Shown in pieces: positions 38,255 through 52,754 of a DNA stretch of 64,000 nucleotides. Source of the DNA: Chrysomallon squamiferum. Taxonomy: Eukaryota; Animalia; Mollusca. The stretch spans positions 6,820,001 through 6,884,000 of the forward strand of contig CM022678.1 of NCBI GenBank assembly GCA_012295275.1, in the 5' to 3' direction. Below the pieces are notes generated by a model. That model saw nothing but the letters and a program-made list of their open reading frames with translations. It was not told the DNA's origin and ran no database searches. The translations under genes and the position numbers were made by a program. Each line of letters starts with the position of its first letter. Position 1 is the first letter of the stretch.

Positions 38255-38830
38255 TTAGTAGTGGCAGTGGTAGTAGTAGTAGAAGTAGCAGTATTCGATT
38301 TAACAGTCGTAGTAACTGCATAGCAGTATCAATTGTAGAAATAATAGTAGAGTAGTAGTAGTAGTAATAGTAGTAGTAATAGTAGCACTAGTAATAGTAG
38401 TAGAATAGTAGTAGTAGTAGTAATAGTAGTAGAAGTAGCAGTAGTAGTAGCATTAGTAATAGTAGTAGAATAGTAGTAGTAGTAGTAATAGTAGTAGAAG
38501 TAGCAGTAGTAGTAGCATTAGTAATAGTAGTAGAATAGTAGTAGTAGTAGATATAGTAGTAGCAGTAGTAGAAGTATTGTAGCAACGGTAGTGGTAATGG
38601 TGACAGTAGGAGTGGCAGTTATTGTATTAAGGTAGTAGTAGTCGTAACAACGTATAGTAGACGTTGACATAGTTATAGTAGTAGTAATTGTAGCAAAACA
38701 GTATTAGATGTACTAGTTGTCGTAATTGTATATCAGTACCATTACTAGTAGTAGTAATAGGACTAACTGTAGCAGTAATGGTAGTAGCTGTAGTAAAAGT
38801 AGTAGTAGTAGTGGTAGTAGTAGTAGTAAC
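38255..38830. repeat. (TAG)n-rich degenerate trinucleotide tract
   Basis: Direct reading. Confidence 0.9.
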
Positions 38831-38947
38831 AGTAGTGGGGAGAGTGTTGTTTTCATTCTTCGTCTTCAGCAGTAATATAGTAACTGTTGATTGTGTAGGG
38901 TTAATAAAATAAAAACAAATAAATAAATAAATAAATACACGAAATAA

Positions 38948-38993
<46 letters not shown>

Positions 38994-41227
38994 CTGATAC
39001 CAATTCATTTACGCGCGAGCTCTATCAAGATGCTAGCTACAAAACCCGTTTGAACGTCTCTAACAGATGTTTTGTTAATTCTGTTTAAAAATAAATTAAG
39101 TAAAAAGCGAATCTTTCTCCTGATAAATTTCACTCTGCTAAACCCTTTCGAACGATAAATTCTTCCGAACCGCGAACGAGCAGAAATCACCCATTTTCCT
39201 TATCAGCTAAAACATGCATCTTCTCTAAATAATAATAAAGTAAAAAAAAAAAACCTACCAGTCCTAGCCTTCGTTCCGTTTAACACTTTCAGCCTGGCTT
39301 TCCGACGCGATGAACCAACCCATCACATACGCGTCGATTTGGCGGTTTCAAAACGGGCAGCGCACAGTTTTTCTATAGACCTCTGATTAATCTAAACAAG
39401 TGCTGCACGCTCTGACGGCGGAATTTAATACCGACAACTGCAGCAGAAGTGCGTTGTTAAATGGAACATCGGTATTATTGGGTCGTATGCGAGTCTGCGG
39501 GTGTTGGTTTTTTTTTTGTAAAACGCTGAGTACATTTTTGTTTCAGCACGTGCGTCGATTGTTTCGATAGGAAAGCATAAAACTGGGAAAAGGTGCAGCA
39601 AAAACCGTTTCTGACTAATGAGTTAGCGGTTTCCAGTAACTTAGAGCGGAACGTTAAAACGGTATTTTTTTTTTTTTATCGTCTGTTATAAACTCTTGGA
39701 TAGGTATTGTTTATTATAATGACTATGTTATGTTAGATATTATTATAATATATATGTTTGTGAATCTTGAAAACCTGATTACGAATAATCGTAAATATTT
39801 ATAATTATTTACTGTCTCTTGGATTTTGTTAATTTTAAAATTTTATTTTATTTTCATTTTTGGATATATTTTGCATATTATAGCTCTTGGATATTAAATG
39901 AAAAAAAACACCAAAAAACTCAGTAAATAATAATAATAATAATAGTAATAGTAATAATAATAAAAATTAAAATAAAAATAATAATAATAAAAAAATAAAA
40001 TAAAAAATAATAATAATAATAATAAAAATAAAAATAATAATAATAAAAATAATAATAATAGTAATAATAATAATAATAAAAATAAAATAAATAAATAAAA
40101 TTATACATTTGTGAAATCACTTATAACTATTAAATTGAGAACGAACAATTATAAGAACTTATGAGGAGGAAAAATAAGATTTCTTGAGGACGGCTATTCA
40201 AAATATCAACGGGACCATCAAACTATTCCAGGTAGACTGTTATAACCATTTCAGCAGACTTTAACAGGACCTCACATTTTGTCAGAAAGACTATTAACAT
40301 TTTCCAGCACCATTAAGCTTCATCAGTAAGATTTGATAATTTATGCAGGAGGTTCACAAGCTTTATCCAGAGGACTATTACTGATTATTAACAGGACTGT
40401 TCATTTTTGTCCGGAGGACTGTTTCTCTTTATTAAAACAAGTATTAAGTTCTATCAACAGGTTATTGCTTCTTAAATCTAATAACCGATGATATTAACGT
40501 TATTGAGAAACTGTTAAACAAAACGTTCAATTTTAAAAATGTCGGCATAACGAAATTTACAGAATGACAGCATAACGCAAGTAACGACGTCAGATACTGC
40601 AGTTGTAACGACAGTGGTGTAATATTGCAAAACTGCGACGACATCGGAGATGTCATAGAAACATAATATATCAAGTGATGTAGCTGAACCGTCTCAAATT
40701 CTACAGCGACAACGACATTGGTGATAACAGCGTTCATACTGCAGATGTCAACGATATTGGAAACGATGAAAGACAGAAAAAGTTAATATCCAATAATAAG
40801 CCAAAATCAAAATTGAAACTGAAGAGGACTCCAACCAGCAAATCACATAGAAATAGAAAAAAAAAAAAAAAAAAAAAAAAAAGTATCTTTGAAATATAAA
40901 ATAAAGATTTTCTTCCTAGAGTAAAGTTGTTTTGACCTAAAGCGAAGTGGAAGATTCAAAAGACGTCTGGGACTGAACGAACAGTCATTTTTGAGCAGAA
41001 AATGAAATTACTTGACGAGTTTCAGTAGAAATTAGACTGTTTGTTAGTCTCCGAGCTACGCCTCGCTGTATTGTCAACGGCTTGAAGAAGTCGACTGGGA
41101 ACCAAGCAAGGTAAGTCCTAATACTGTTTCAGTTCATTTAAAAAAATAATATATATATGTTACTTAGCTTTGTTTGCTTGTTGTTTATAAATCTATGATG
41201 TATTTACTTACCTGTTTTGGTCTGTTT

Positions 41228-41416
41228 GGACATGTTTTAGACTAAAAGAACTAAACGGACATATTTTAGACTAAAAGAACGAAACGGACATATTTTAGAC
41301 TAAAAGAACGAAACGGACATATTTTAGACTAAAAGAACGAAACGGACATTATTTTAGACTAAAAGAACGAAACGGACATATTTTAGACTAAAAGAACGAA
41401 ACGGACATATTTTAGG
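41228..41416. repeat. 29-bp minisatellite, ~6.5 copies (GGACATATTTTAGACTAAAAGAACGAAAC)
   Basis: GGAC starts at 41228, 41257, 41286, 41315, 41344, 41374 and 41403; no spacers. Confidence 0.92.
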
Positions 41417-41803
41417 ATAAGGAAAACAAAACGTATTATTATTTCCATTAAAAAGGTTCGTATTATTATAGAACAGATTTTATATTCAGTAAAACACAGA
41501 ATCGATAAAATAAATGATGTTTTGAAATAAATAATTGAACGAATAAATGAATGGAAAAAAAAAAAAAGAAAATAGAAAAAGATATACAGATATTTTGTTT
41601 CATTGTGGACAGATTTTAGGCGAAAAATGCTTTCATTGCATTATGACAACATGATCAATCACGTGGATAATTTTATTAATCTGAAAAAATCAGAGTGATA
41701 TATCACTCGTTTTATTACGTGACAGAAAATTCTGCTGTTACAGTAGTCTGTGTGGAACTGGTCTGAACCAGATCCATTTAGGGAATTATAATATATATAT
41801 ATC

Positions 41804-41857
<54 letters not shown>

Positions 41858-42044
41858 ACAGCAGTAGCAAATAATAATAATAATAACAAATAATAATAAT
41901 AATAATAATAATAATGATGATGATGATGATGATAATAATGATAATAATCGGTAAATGTTTTTCAAAAATAATTAAAATAATAAATAAATAACAATAATAA
42001 TAATACTAATAACAAATATAGTAGTAGTAGTAGTAGTAGTAGTA

Positions 42045-42085
<41 letters not shown>

Positions 42086-42458
42086 CAGAAAATATATATA
42101 TATATATATTTTTTAAAAGAAGTAAAAACCACCAACAACAACAACATTAGTCGTATAAAAAATAAAAAATAAAAAATAAAAATAAATAAAATAGTAAAAA
42201 AAAACAGGATGATGAAACATCATATAAACAACATAAATATGGCCTTCGCCATCGTTACAGACAGTCACTGTGACATTTTAAAGTTAGCTATTTGTTTATA
42301 ACATGTAGGACAAAATTAAAAATGACATTTAAGTTTAAATTTTACATGTGTTGTTTCCCATTAGCAACGACCACGACATGGTCTTTTGCACGTGACGTTC
42401 CCAAGAGAAAAATGTGATAAAAAAAAAAGAAACAAAACGAAACAAACATATAAACAAA

Positions 42459-42490
<32 letters not shown>

Positions 42491-42553
42491 ATAAGAGATA
42501 GTAAAAAAGTAAATTAATTCAAAAATATATTTAATATTTTAATTAATTAATTT

Positions 42554-42599
<46 letters not shown>

Positions 42600-42999
42600 G
42601 ATTAAGAAAATTTTAAAAAATGACATTTTAACACCCCAAACAACTTCAAAAAAATTAAAAAATTAAAAACAAAACAAAAAAACAACAAACAAACAAACAA
42701 ACAAACAACAAACAAACAAAGCAAAACAAGCAATCTAAATAAAATAAAATAAAATAAAATAAAATAAAATAAAATAACGAATGAAAGAATGAATGAATAT
42801 TTAAGTAACAATTATCTTCCTTCATCACAAATCTTTATTCAACAGACACAACATACACATCTTAAATCACAAACAGAACAAACCACAATACACAATTATA
42901 CTTCATAATTTATTTCACAAATAGGTAGAAATCGTCTTCATTTCACAATTATCCACAAACAAACGTTCAAACAACTATTAATTAATATTCACTGTACTC

Positions 43000-43370
43000 C
43001 AAAATGCCCGCTGCACAAGCCTTATTATTAACGCATGCGCAGTGGTAAATCCTACGACCGTCTGCCACACAGATTAAGCCGTTCCCATCATTTAAGTGTT
43101 TTTTTTTTTTTTTTTTCGCCAGACAGTTTAAATTAGAGTATCAACACACTCTCTTCAACACGCGTTCACGTTTACCTAGTCTAATGCTACAGCTAGTGTG
43201 ACACACGAGAAAAAAAGTGTTCGGAAGTCAGCGGGAAATTACGGCGTAGAAACTGGGTTAATGTCCGGGCGACACCGTCTAAAACACGTGTTTGTGTTAC
43301 TGTGAAAAGTATTTGCTGGAACACTTCGCGTGACGTAACGAGAAGCTGAAAATTTGCGTTAATGTAGTGG
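43000..43370. promoter_or_regulatory. CpG-rich promoter/enhancer-like block with an NRF1-type site
   Basis: CGCATGCGCA at 43032-43041, CGGAAGT (ETS-like) and GTGACGTAA in complex sequence between A-rich tracts. Confidence 0.3.
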
Positions 43371-44143
43371 CAAAGATTATTTATTTTTTGTTTTTCATTT
43401 TCCTTTTAAATTTAAAATGAAATGAAGTAAAAATAATAAAATAAAATAAAATAAAATAAAATAAATAAATAAAATAAAATAATGTGAAATAAATAAATAA
43501 ATAAAAAAATAAAATGAGTTTGCCAGACGTTGGTTATATAATTAATTCGTTACAACAACAACAACAAGAATAAACAATAAATAAATAAATAAATAAATAC
43601 ATTTTTATCAAACCTTCGTAAACAAGAATAAAATAAATCGTTAATAAATAACAACAACAAAAATAAATCACATTTTAAATGAAAGAAATAAATAAAAAAA
43701 AAAACCCCAAATAAATAAATAAAAGGTTAAAAAGTCTGATGCTTTTTTTTTTTTTTTTTTTTTTTTATCTTTAAATAATCACCAGTTGTACGTTAAAATA
43801 ACATTAAAACTAAAAACAAAATAAAACTGTTAATAAATGCATAAAAATATTCAAATATTTAAGTATTTTATAGTAAATCATCCATTTCCATGATATATCT
43901 ATATTGATTATTTGAAAAGGATATTTGAAAATGCATGTCATTTTTAGTTCTAAAAAAAATTGTTCTTAACATGTTTGTTAATAAAAATTGAAAGTTTGTT
44001 TTGAATACGATATTGATTTAGAATGATTTTAAAGCACTGATACATATAATTTCTAAAAAAATGTATTATATTGATATTTGTTCCTTTCATTTGAGCTATT
44101 ACACGCCTTTTGAACACTGTTATTCTATAAATTGAAAGAATAA

Positions 44144-44174
44144 TCTGCTGCTCTACCGATTGAGCTACGCAGGC
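44144..44174 (-). pseudogene. 5'-half fragment of tRNA-Lys(TTT)
   Basis: GCCTGCGTAGCTCAATCGGTAGAGCAGCAGA matches tRNA positions 1-31 at 29/31; the 3' half is absent. Confidence 0.75.
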
Positions 44175-45022
44175 TCCCATTAAACCATCTAATCAGACGT
44201 CACGAACATATAAAATACACTGTAATTCTAACATGTAATATTTTAATAAGAAGAATAGGAACACTGAATAAAATAATATTGCTATCGTCAAAGAAAAAAA
44301 AAAAAAAAAAAAAAAAAAACTCTTTCCTTTCGACAGTTGTTTCTCTTGTCAGTTTGTATGTCTGTCTGTCTGTCGCAAATTCCCTGTTATCACACGAAAT
44401 CTTATCAACTTGCTCTACGTTAATTCTGTCTTGCAGTGTTCGTGTCTGGCATACTTACGATACCTAAATTAAAGGTTACCAAATTTTCATGGCTGATACA
44501 AATTGTTATTCCCTGATGCAGAATAACGTCATAACAATAAATATTATTTATAAAACTTAACGTTAGCTAGATGACGGGAATAATAAAACCCAGCCTGATT
44601 ACGTCAACAGTTGTTTGACGTCACTTAATGATGTTATGGTAACAATGATTACTTACATTCATGCAGGCATACACTTAGATAATATATATGATAGAAACAA
44701 AGAAAAAATGAAAGAAAAGGAATACCTACAAATTGTGACTTTTTTCTTATTCTTAGCTATAATATGCAATATAATGTCAAATACAATGTATGTATGTATG
44801 TATGTATGTATGTACGTATGTATGTATGTATGTGTATTTGTATGTATGTATGTTTCTTTGCATGTATGTATGTATGTATTATGTATGTATGTATGTATGT
44901 ATGTATGTATTTTATGTATTTATGTATGTATATATGTATTTACGTTCATTCACACTTATGTATGTATCTATATAACTACTACACTTTTCCGAGAGCTAGA
45001 CTGTTTAACAATATATTTATGA

Positions 45023-45060
<38 letters not shown>

Positions 45061-45700
45061 GATTCCTTAAAATTATTGAAAATCTTTTAAACCCGTCAGT
45101 TCCTTGTTCCTTGTTTATATAACGTCCATCTTGATATTTGCTCAGCATCATTTTTATGCAATTTTCAACACAAATAAATTAAAACTAATAACACAAAATA
45201 AAGAAAAATAGTTAAAAAAAAAAAAAAAAAACTAACACTCGCCAAAATGTCGATACTTGTTTGGCAGCGTCGTTAGTTTTTGTACATCTCAGAAAACACT
45301 TTTCTTTAAATCTTTAGTGAAAATCAATAACATGGAGAGGGTGAATAGTTTGAACACTTGATGAAGATGTTGATATTTTCGGAGTTTATCCCAAAAGTGT
45401 GTTTAGAGCCTGACGGAACGTTTGTTCCATCATTTTTTTTTTTTTTTTATTTTTTTTTCGCTAGCCTTCGGCAGTAAGCTTGATGCTGTAGATTTGAGTA
45501 GCATCTTAGATCAGTTTTGATACGTTTTTTTTTTGGATAGAGTGCGGCAGGGAGCTTATGAAGTCTTTTGAAGTTTTTACTGTTGCTGTAGAAGAAAAAC
45601 GACAAATATATCGATTAAAAAACAATGATTATGTAATTATAACATTAACAACGAAGACAATGATGACGACAACAACAACAACAACAGCAGTAATACTATA

Positions 45701-45735
<35 letters not shown>

Positions 45736-46437
45736 TAACAACAACAACAGCAACGACAACAACAACAATAATAATAATAATAATAGTAGTAGTAGTAGTA
45801 GTGGTAGTAATAGTAGTAGTAGTAGTAGTAGTAGTAATAATAATAATAAAAGAGTGTTGCATTGAGGTACTTTGCCAATTGTTTTTTATTTTTATTTTAA
45901 TATCATTATTTTTAATTTATCAGCACGCATGATGACAGTACAGCTCTGAACCAAAATGTATCCTATTTTTTTTTTAAATTAGCACGGAAATCTTGCAGAA
46001 TAAAGAACCAAGGATCAAGTAATGGAGGTCTCCTTGACGTTAACGATTTATCAATGCGAGCCATTATTACAAGCATTGCGTGTTTATTTGAGGCTGTTGC
46101 AGTTCCGATTCATATCAAAACACTTTTCACATAAAACCTCGTAAGGTTATCTTTAGATCAATACGTTATCCATTTACGACATTGTTTACAGCTAGGGTTA
46201 CGTAATTATGTTGATTCTAATGAACACTGATCGTGTTTTATTTGTGTAAAATGTAATTTATTAAGTCTTAGTCTTACTGTGTAAGTATTATTATTATTTC
46301 GTTTCCTCTGGAATTCGTTTGTCAGAAAAAGAAGTTAGGCATTTGTTGCATCCGATAATAAAATTGTGAAATGATTGTAGAAAGTAAATATAAAATGAGA
46401 GTTTAAGTTTTTCTTCTTCTTTTTCTTCTCATTATCG

Positions 46438-46481
<44 letters not shown>

Positions 46482-46618
46482 GTAGTAGTAGTAATAATAG
46501 TAGTAGCAGTATTAATAGTAGTAGAAGTAGTAGTACTAATGGTAGTAGTAGTATATTCATCATTTTTTAATAGTTTTTCTATATGTATGTAAATAAGAAT
46601 GTATGTATGTGTGTGTGT

Positions 46619-46675
<57 letters not shown>

Positions 46676-47303
46676 ATAAAGACGAATGAGCAAGAAAAGG
46701 AATATAAACACCTTAGCAACAAGTACTGAAATTCACTTCACTACTAAAATACAAAAACTCTTCCACACAGTCTGACAGTTTCCCTATCTACTCGTTTCTC
46801 AGAACAACCAGCTCTTCACAAAACAAACAGTTAAATTCATCGCGGACACACGCTTTTCCTTTCTCAAGCCGGACTTCGTTGGAACTGTCTAACGACAATG
46901 CGGAAAAACGAAATCAATCCGGAATTGTCGTCCGGATATTAGCAGGAAATGAGACGAAAGAGAAAAGCCAGGTTTTGTGTTTACTTACTTAGGTGTTCTT
47001 TGTTGTCTTGTTGGGGGTTGTCATTAGTGTTAGAATCGTCTGTGCAGAGTTCAGGACGAGCAAGGCACTGAAAACAACGGGAGAGAGATCTGAGGTACTC
47101 TGCTAAATAAATAAATAAATAGTGATAACTGTGTTTTGCTGTCTTTTTTTTTTAATCGTTTGCGTTGCTGTTTTTTCTGTTCAAACGTTGCATACGAATA
47201 GGTATATATATATATATAGACACACACACACAGACACACACACATATACATACATACATACATACATACATACATACATACATACATACATACATACATA
47301 AAT

Positions 47304-47347
<44 letters not shown>

Positions 47348-47554
47348 GAATATCTTCTTGTATTTATGATTGAATGTATCTACATATACATACGTATTTA
47401 CATATAGGAATATGTATACATACATGTGTGTACACGAACGTATGTACGTTTAAGTAGATGCAACGAAGCATAAACACTAACGACATCCGTACATTTGTGA
47501 ATATATACCAACACCACACTTCAACACACATACAACACAAAAACACACATACAG

Positions 47555-47585
<31 letters not shown>

Positions 47586-48880
47586 TACATGCATACTTCA
47601 TTATTCACCTATATACCATTACACAAATGTACATACATTCATATATACATATATACAGAGAGACAAACAGACAGACAGACACAGAAAGAAAGGAATGGAA
47701 AGGGAGGGAGGGAGGAGAAAGATATATCGGTGTGAACACAGATACACACACACACACACAGACACACACACACACACACACACACATACATACAAACACA
47801 CACACACATATATATATCGGTGTGACGAACAGCCATACAAATATATTGTTCCCCTATAAACCATATTAAATCATACAGTGATTTATTATTCATATTTCTA
47901 TCATGTGATTTCTGAACGTAAATACAGCACTGCTCTATTCTAAGCGTCCAGATTTGATTAAAACTCGAACATCTCTTTATCAGATTTTATCTACATTTAC
48001 CAACACACATCACAACTGTGACAGATAAAAAAAAAAAAAAACACCTATAAAATCAAAGTATAGTAAATAAATAAATAAATATTAATAAATAAAATAAAAA
48101 ACAAACCCGTAAACAAGTAAACAGACTTGTATGTAATTTGAACTCTTTAAACTGATTATATCTAATTCGTTATTATTTTCTTTTTTCGATCTAAAATACA
48201 TTAATTCTGAAAACACGTAATAAATAAAATTGGAAAACGAATTCAGTAGATAGATAGAGAAAGAGAGAAAGAAAAATGGACAGATTATAGATAGATAGAT
48301 GGATAGATGGATAGAGAGACAGATAGATACATTTACTTTAGATATACAGACATATATATATATATATAGACGGATGGATAGATAGACAGACAACCATCTT
48401 AAAGCAACTAATCATTTATTATTTACATTTCCGAAAGTAAGTAAAATACTGTTCTGTTCTGCGCTTCCAGTTTTGAGTTAAACTAGACATTTAACCCTCC
48501 ATCAGATTTTTATCTGAAAATAGAAAACACATCAGAACTGGTAAAACGAAAAAGACGACAAAATTAAAAGATTAATGAGTTAGCCTTCGTTCACTTGCAC
48601 TTTGTTTTGAAATTGTCGGTCAGTGAGTAATCAGTCCTAGTTATTTGTGTGTTCTGTAGACCTGAGATCACAGAACATCACAGAAGTTGTGCGTGCGTGG
48701 GCGTGTGGGCGTGTGTGAGGGCGCGTGCGCCACTATGTACATGCAATTATGTATGAGTATAAAAAAATAAATATAAAAAAAATAAATAATAAATAAATAT
48801 ATATATATATACGTAAGTTAGTCAATAAATAAACTAATATATATTTTTCGTTCGACACACTAGTTCAAAAATTGTTAGCA

Positions 48881-48909
48881 AGCCCACGCAGGAACTTGAA
48901 CCATCAGAT
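48881..48909 (-). pseudogene. Degenerate 3' fragment of tRNA-Lys(TTT)
   Basis: + strand agcccacgcaggaacttgaacc versus agcccacgtagggactcgaacc (19/22), followed by tcagat. It sits at the tRNA position within a repeat unit. Confidence 0.6.
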
Positions 48910-48935
48910 CGGGTAAAAGGTAAAAAAAAAATAAA

Positions 48936-48985
<50 letters not shown>

Positions 48986-49550
48986 GGAGATAAAATCAAA
49001 AGATTAATCAGTAACCCTTTGTACACTTGTCCTAAACGTAAATAAAAAGCCGTTTTATTCTACGCTGCCAGTTTAAACTAGAAAACAAACACTGTGTCAA
49101 ATTTTTATCTACGTATACAAATATACATCAGGAACTGTGACAAATAAAAACGAAAAAAAAGAAAAAAAGAAAAGAAAAGAAGATGAAATGAAAAGATTAA
49201 TCGCAGTGCACTTGTACTTGTCTTCAAATTATCGGTCAGTAAATCGTTAGTTCTGGTGATTTGTGTGTTCTGTAGATGTGTGAGAACGAGATCACAGAAC
49301 AGTTTGTGATTTGTAGAAACGACATACACTGTACAGGATACAATCTGTACTGTACAGAATACAACGTAGACTGTACATGATACAGAGTTGTAGTCAGAGA
49401 ACTCTGTTAAGAATCGAGGAATCGCACAGTCGGTGGATGGTGGGGACAGAGAGAGAGAGAGAGAGAGTCGTTTTATTATGTATTAATACTGTTACACTTT
49501 CTGACGACAGAAGGATATTGATTACTTGTAGATTACCAAAAACGTCACGA

Positions 49551-49623
49551 AGCCCACGTAGGGACTCGAACCCTAGACCCTCAGATTAAAAGTCTGATGC
49601 TCTACCGACTGAGCTACGCAGGC
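49551..49623 (-). tRNA. tRNA-Lys-TTT: tRNA-Lys (anticodon TTT), intact
   Basis: Identical 73 nt to the 33868 copy; TTTTT terminator about 10 nt downstream. Confidence 0.92.
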
Positions 49624-51355
49624 TACAACATTAAGTGCACTATTCGCTTATAAGTGACTTTTGAGCTAAGCAGGCCATACAACAGCAGTCACGATTCGCT
49701 TATAACTGACTTTTGACCTATATATTAGAGGTTACAATAAAATTATTATTCTCGGTATAAACTGGTTATGTTAAAAAAGAACAGAAAGATAAGACTTAAG
49801 AAAAGCGTAGAGAGACAGATAAATCAAATTAAATTAAATTCAATTAAATTAAATTAAATTAAATTCAATAAATATATAAATAAATAAATAAATAAATAAA
49901 TAAAAGTTACCTCTAATAAATCATATATAAAAAAAAATATATATATAAACTGAAACTAAAAATAACCATCCTCTTACATCCATCCACGCACACACACACA
50001 CACACCAACAATAACAACAATAAAAAAACAAAAAAAAAAATCCAGAAAAACACACCCCCCCAAAAAAAAAAAAAAAAAAAGATCCTGTTTAGTTTATCAT
50101 AATCCCGTTCCAGGCTATATCGTCTGCAGACCACCAAAGAATATCTGGACTGTCAAAACAACTGCGCGAGAGACGCGTGGAAGACAAATACAGCCTCGCT
50201 CTCACCCCCACAGTCGAAATTCCACGAAATACAAAAACATATGTTGCGTGTTTAATACCTTTTACCCCCAACCCTGGAGCTAAAATCAATACACATTATT
50301 ATTATATTTTTAGATCCCTCTCTCGCTTATTAAGAACATCATCACTATACAAATAATTGAACCTCGTGAAGTACTGCAATATCAATGTCCATACGCTTGT
50401 CGTTTTGCAAATCTGAAGTGGACAAAATAAGAGAGACTGACCATTGGTCACGAATATAAAATTTGAAGGAATCGCCCTGCAATGAACTGAACTGAACTGA
50501 ACTGAACTTGACTGCTTAGAATTGTTTTTGCTTCAGGAAACGAGATGACACTTAAAAAAAAAAAAAAAAAAAAGACCTCTATTAGTATTTTTGTAGACAA
50601 GAAAAAAAAAAAAAAAAAAAAAAACAGAATAGATCTGTTGTTGTCGTTTAATATTAAAAATAAGATTAAAGCCTGTAGCAGCCATCGCTGGTTTTAAAGT
50701 GTTTTTTTTTTTTTTTTTTAATGCGATGTTTTCTGATCATGTCGGTATATTATTAGGCTTATTGTGTATTTTTGAACTTTTGTCCTGAAAGTTATTTAAT
50801 GTTTTGTTTGATGTTGACGTTTTCGCTAATAGCGTAAATTACGTTCATAGTTTAGTTATTCTGGCTTGATTCTTTGACATTTTATAGTTAATTAATTATG
50901 TAGTTCCCCCGCATACATCTCTCTCTCTGTCTGTCTGTCTCTCTTTCTTATTTATTATCTATCCTATAACACGGTTAATATTTAATAACGGCAAGCCAAA
51001 AAGAAAATACCCCAAAAGTAGTTACCAAAGACAGAAAGAAACATCAAATTTAATTTATTTAATTTATTTAATTTATAAAATTCAGAATACAAGCACAACT
51101 AACCATAAAAAATAAACACAAATTCATTATCCCCAGGTGCAAGATCTGATAAACTATATCCTTACAGTCACAACCTAATACAACAGACACACACACACAC
51201 ACACATATGTTCTGTGTTTGTTCTGTGTTTGTACTTGCGTAAGCTTGAATATCTCTCTATGGTTGAGTTGGATAATAAAATTGTAAAGAAGAAAAATACA
51301 TTAAGAGATTTCAACGGTGATAAAAACTCTAACCTGCCCACATGAATCCAGTAAT

Positions 51356-51387
<32 letters not shown>

Positions 51388-52082
51388 CTTCGGTTTTATC
51401 TATTGGGATTTGAAATTCTTTCTTTTTTACCAGACACATCAGAAATACGCATCTAACAACAGAGTGACACTTCTAAAAATGCGCCATTTGTCTAGACGGG
51501 AAATATATTACAGTACAAAAAAAAAAAAAAAAAAAAAAAAATCCATATTTTTAATTTACAAGTTACTCCCCACTCCCCCCCACCCACCACCACTAAGAAA
51601 TTCAACGTCATCGCCCCTGATTTTCACATTAAAAAACCCCACACACTTCTCCTAGCAGACGACACCGATCTCAAACGGTTATCTGCTTTTATCAGAGAAA
51701 AAAAAAAAAAAAAAAAAAAAAAAACATTGAGCAAAGTTGCATGATTCCTGTATCGCGTTTCTTTTGCTTAGCAAACTTATAAAAACGTGTGTGTTTGTTT
51801 TGTGCCTCGGTTATCAGAAACTAACGGTGTTTTCATTGGGAATTGAAGAAATGAAGCTGTGAAGATTTTTCAGACGACGCTAAATATACGGTATAATGTC
51901 ACCTTGACACCGGCAAAAAAATTTCTGGTACAGATGCTCAATGATGTATGTATGAATGAATATATGACGCATAATTACACAAATATAAATTTATCTGTAA
52001 TTACGCCTAGGTCCAATTTTATGGATGTGCAGCCAGTTCAGTCTTGTATATATGACGCATCATTACATTTCTACGTACGTAG

Positions 52083-52113
<31 letters not shown>

Positions 52114-52210
52114 TATATATATATATACATATAAATACATACATATATATAGACACACACACATATATAGACATACATACACACATATATACACACACAC
52201 ATATATATAG

Positions 52211-52245
<35 letters not shown>

Positions 52246-52754
52246 TAGAGAGAGACAAACATACATGCATTCATACATACACACATATATACACACACAC
52301 ACACATATATATATAGACATACGAAATGTTCTGTGATCTCGTTTTCTCACATGTACAGAACACACAAATCACTAGAACTAACTATTTACTGACCGATAAT
52401 TTGAGAGCAAGTACAAGTGCACCGCGGGTAACCGATTAATCTTTTGATGTGTCACAGTGCTGATAAAATCTGACGTAGTGTTAATTTTCTAGTCTTAGCG
52501 TCGAATAGAACAGTATTTTATTTAGGTCCATGAACAATATGACACACTATGAAGAATAAATCACTAGATGTTTTGCGATTGTTTTTTTTTTTTTCTGTCT
52601 GTTTGTCTCTCTACCTACCTACCTACCTACCTACCTATATCTGTCTGTCTGTCTGTCTCTCTATTAAGAATTAATTTACACTAAATTTAAAAATAAATCT
52701 TAAACAAATTTAGAAAGAGTAGCTTAAATGCTTAAGACTGAAAGCAATTTAACA

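Noticed and set aside
40460-40860. Codon-like D/N/S-rich stretch, possible pseudo-exon
   Set aside because: Multiple stops in the + frames I read, no recognisable domain, and it adjoins degenerate short repeats.
41228-41416. 29-bp repeats resembling a CRISPR array
   Set aside because: The units are contiguous with no unique spacers, the context is eukaryotic, and there are no cas genes.
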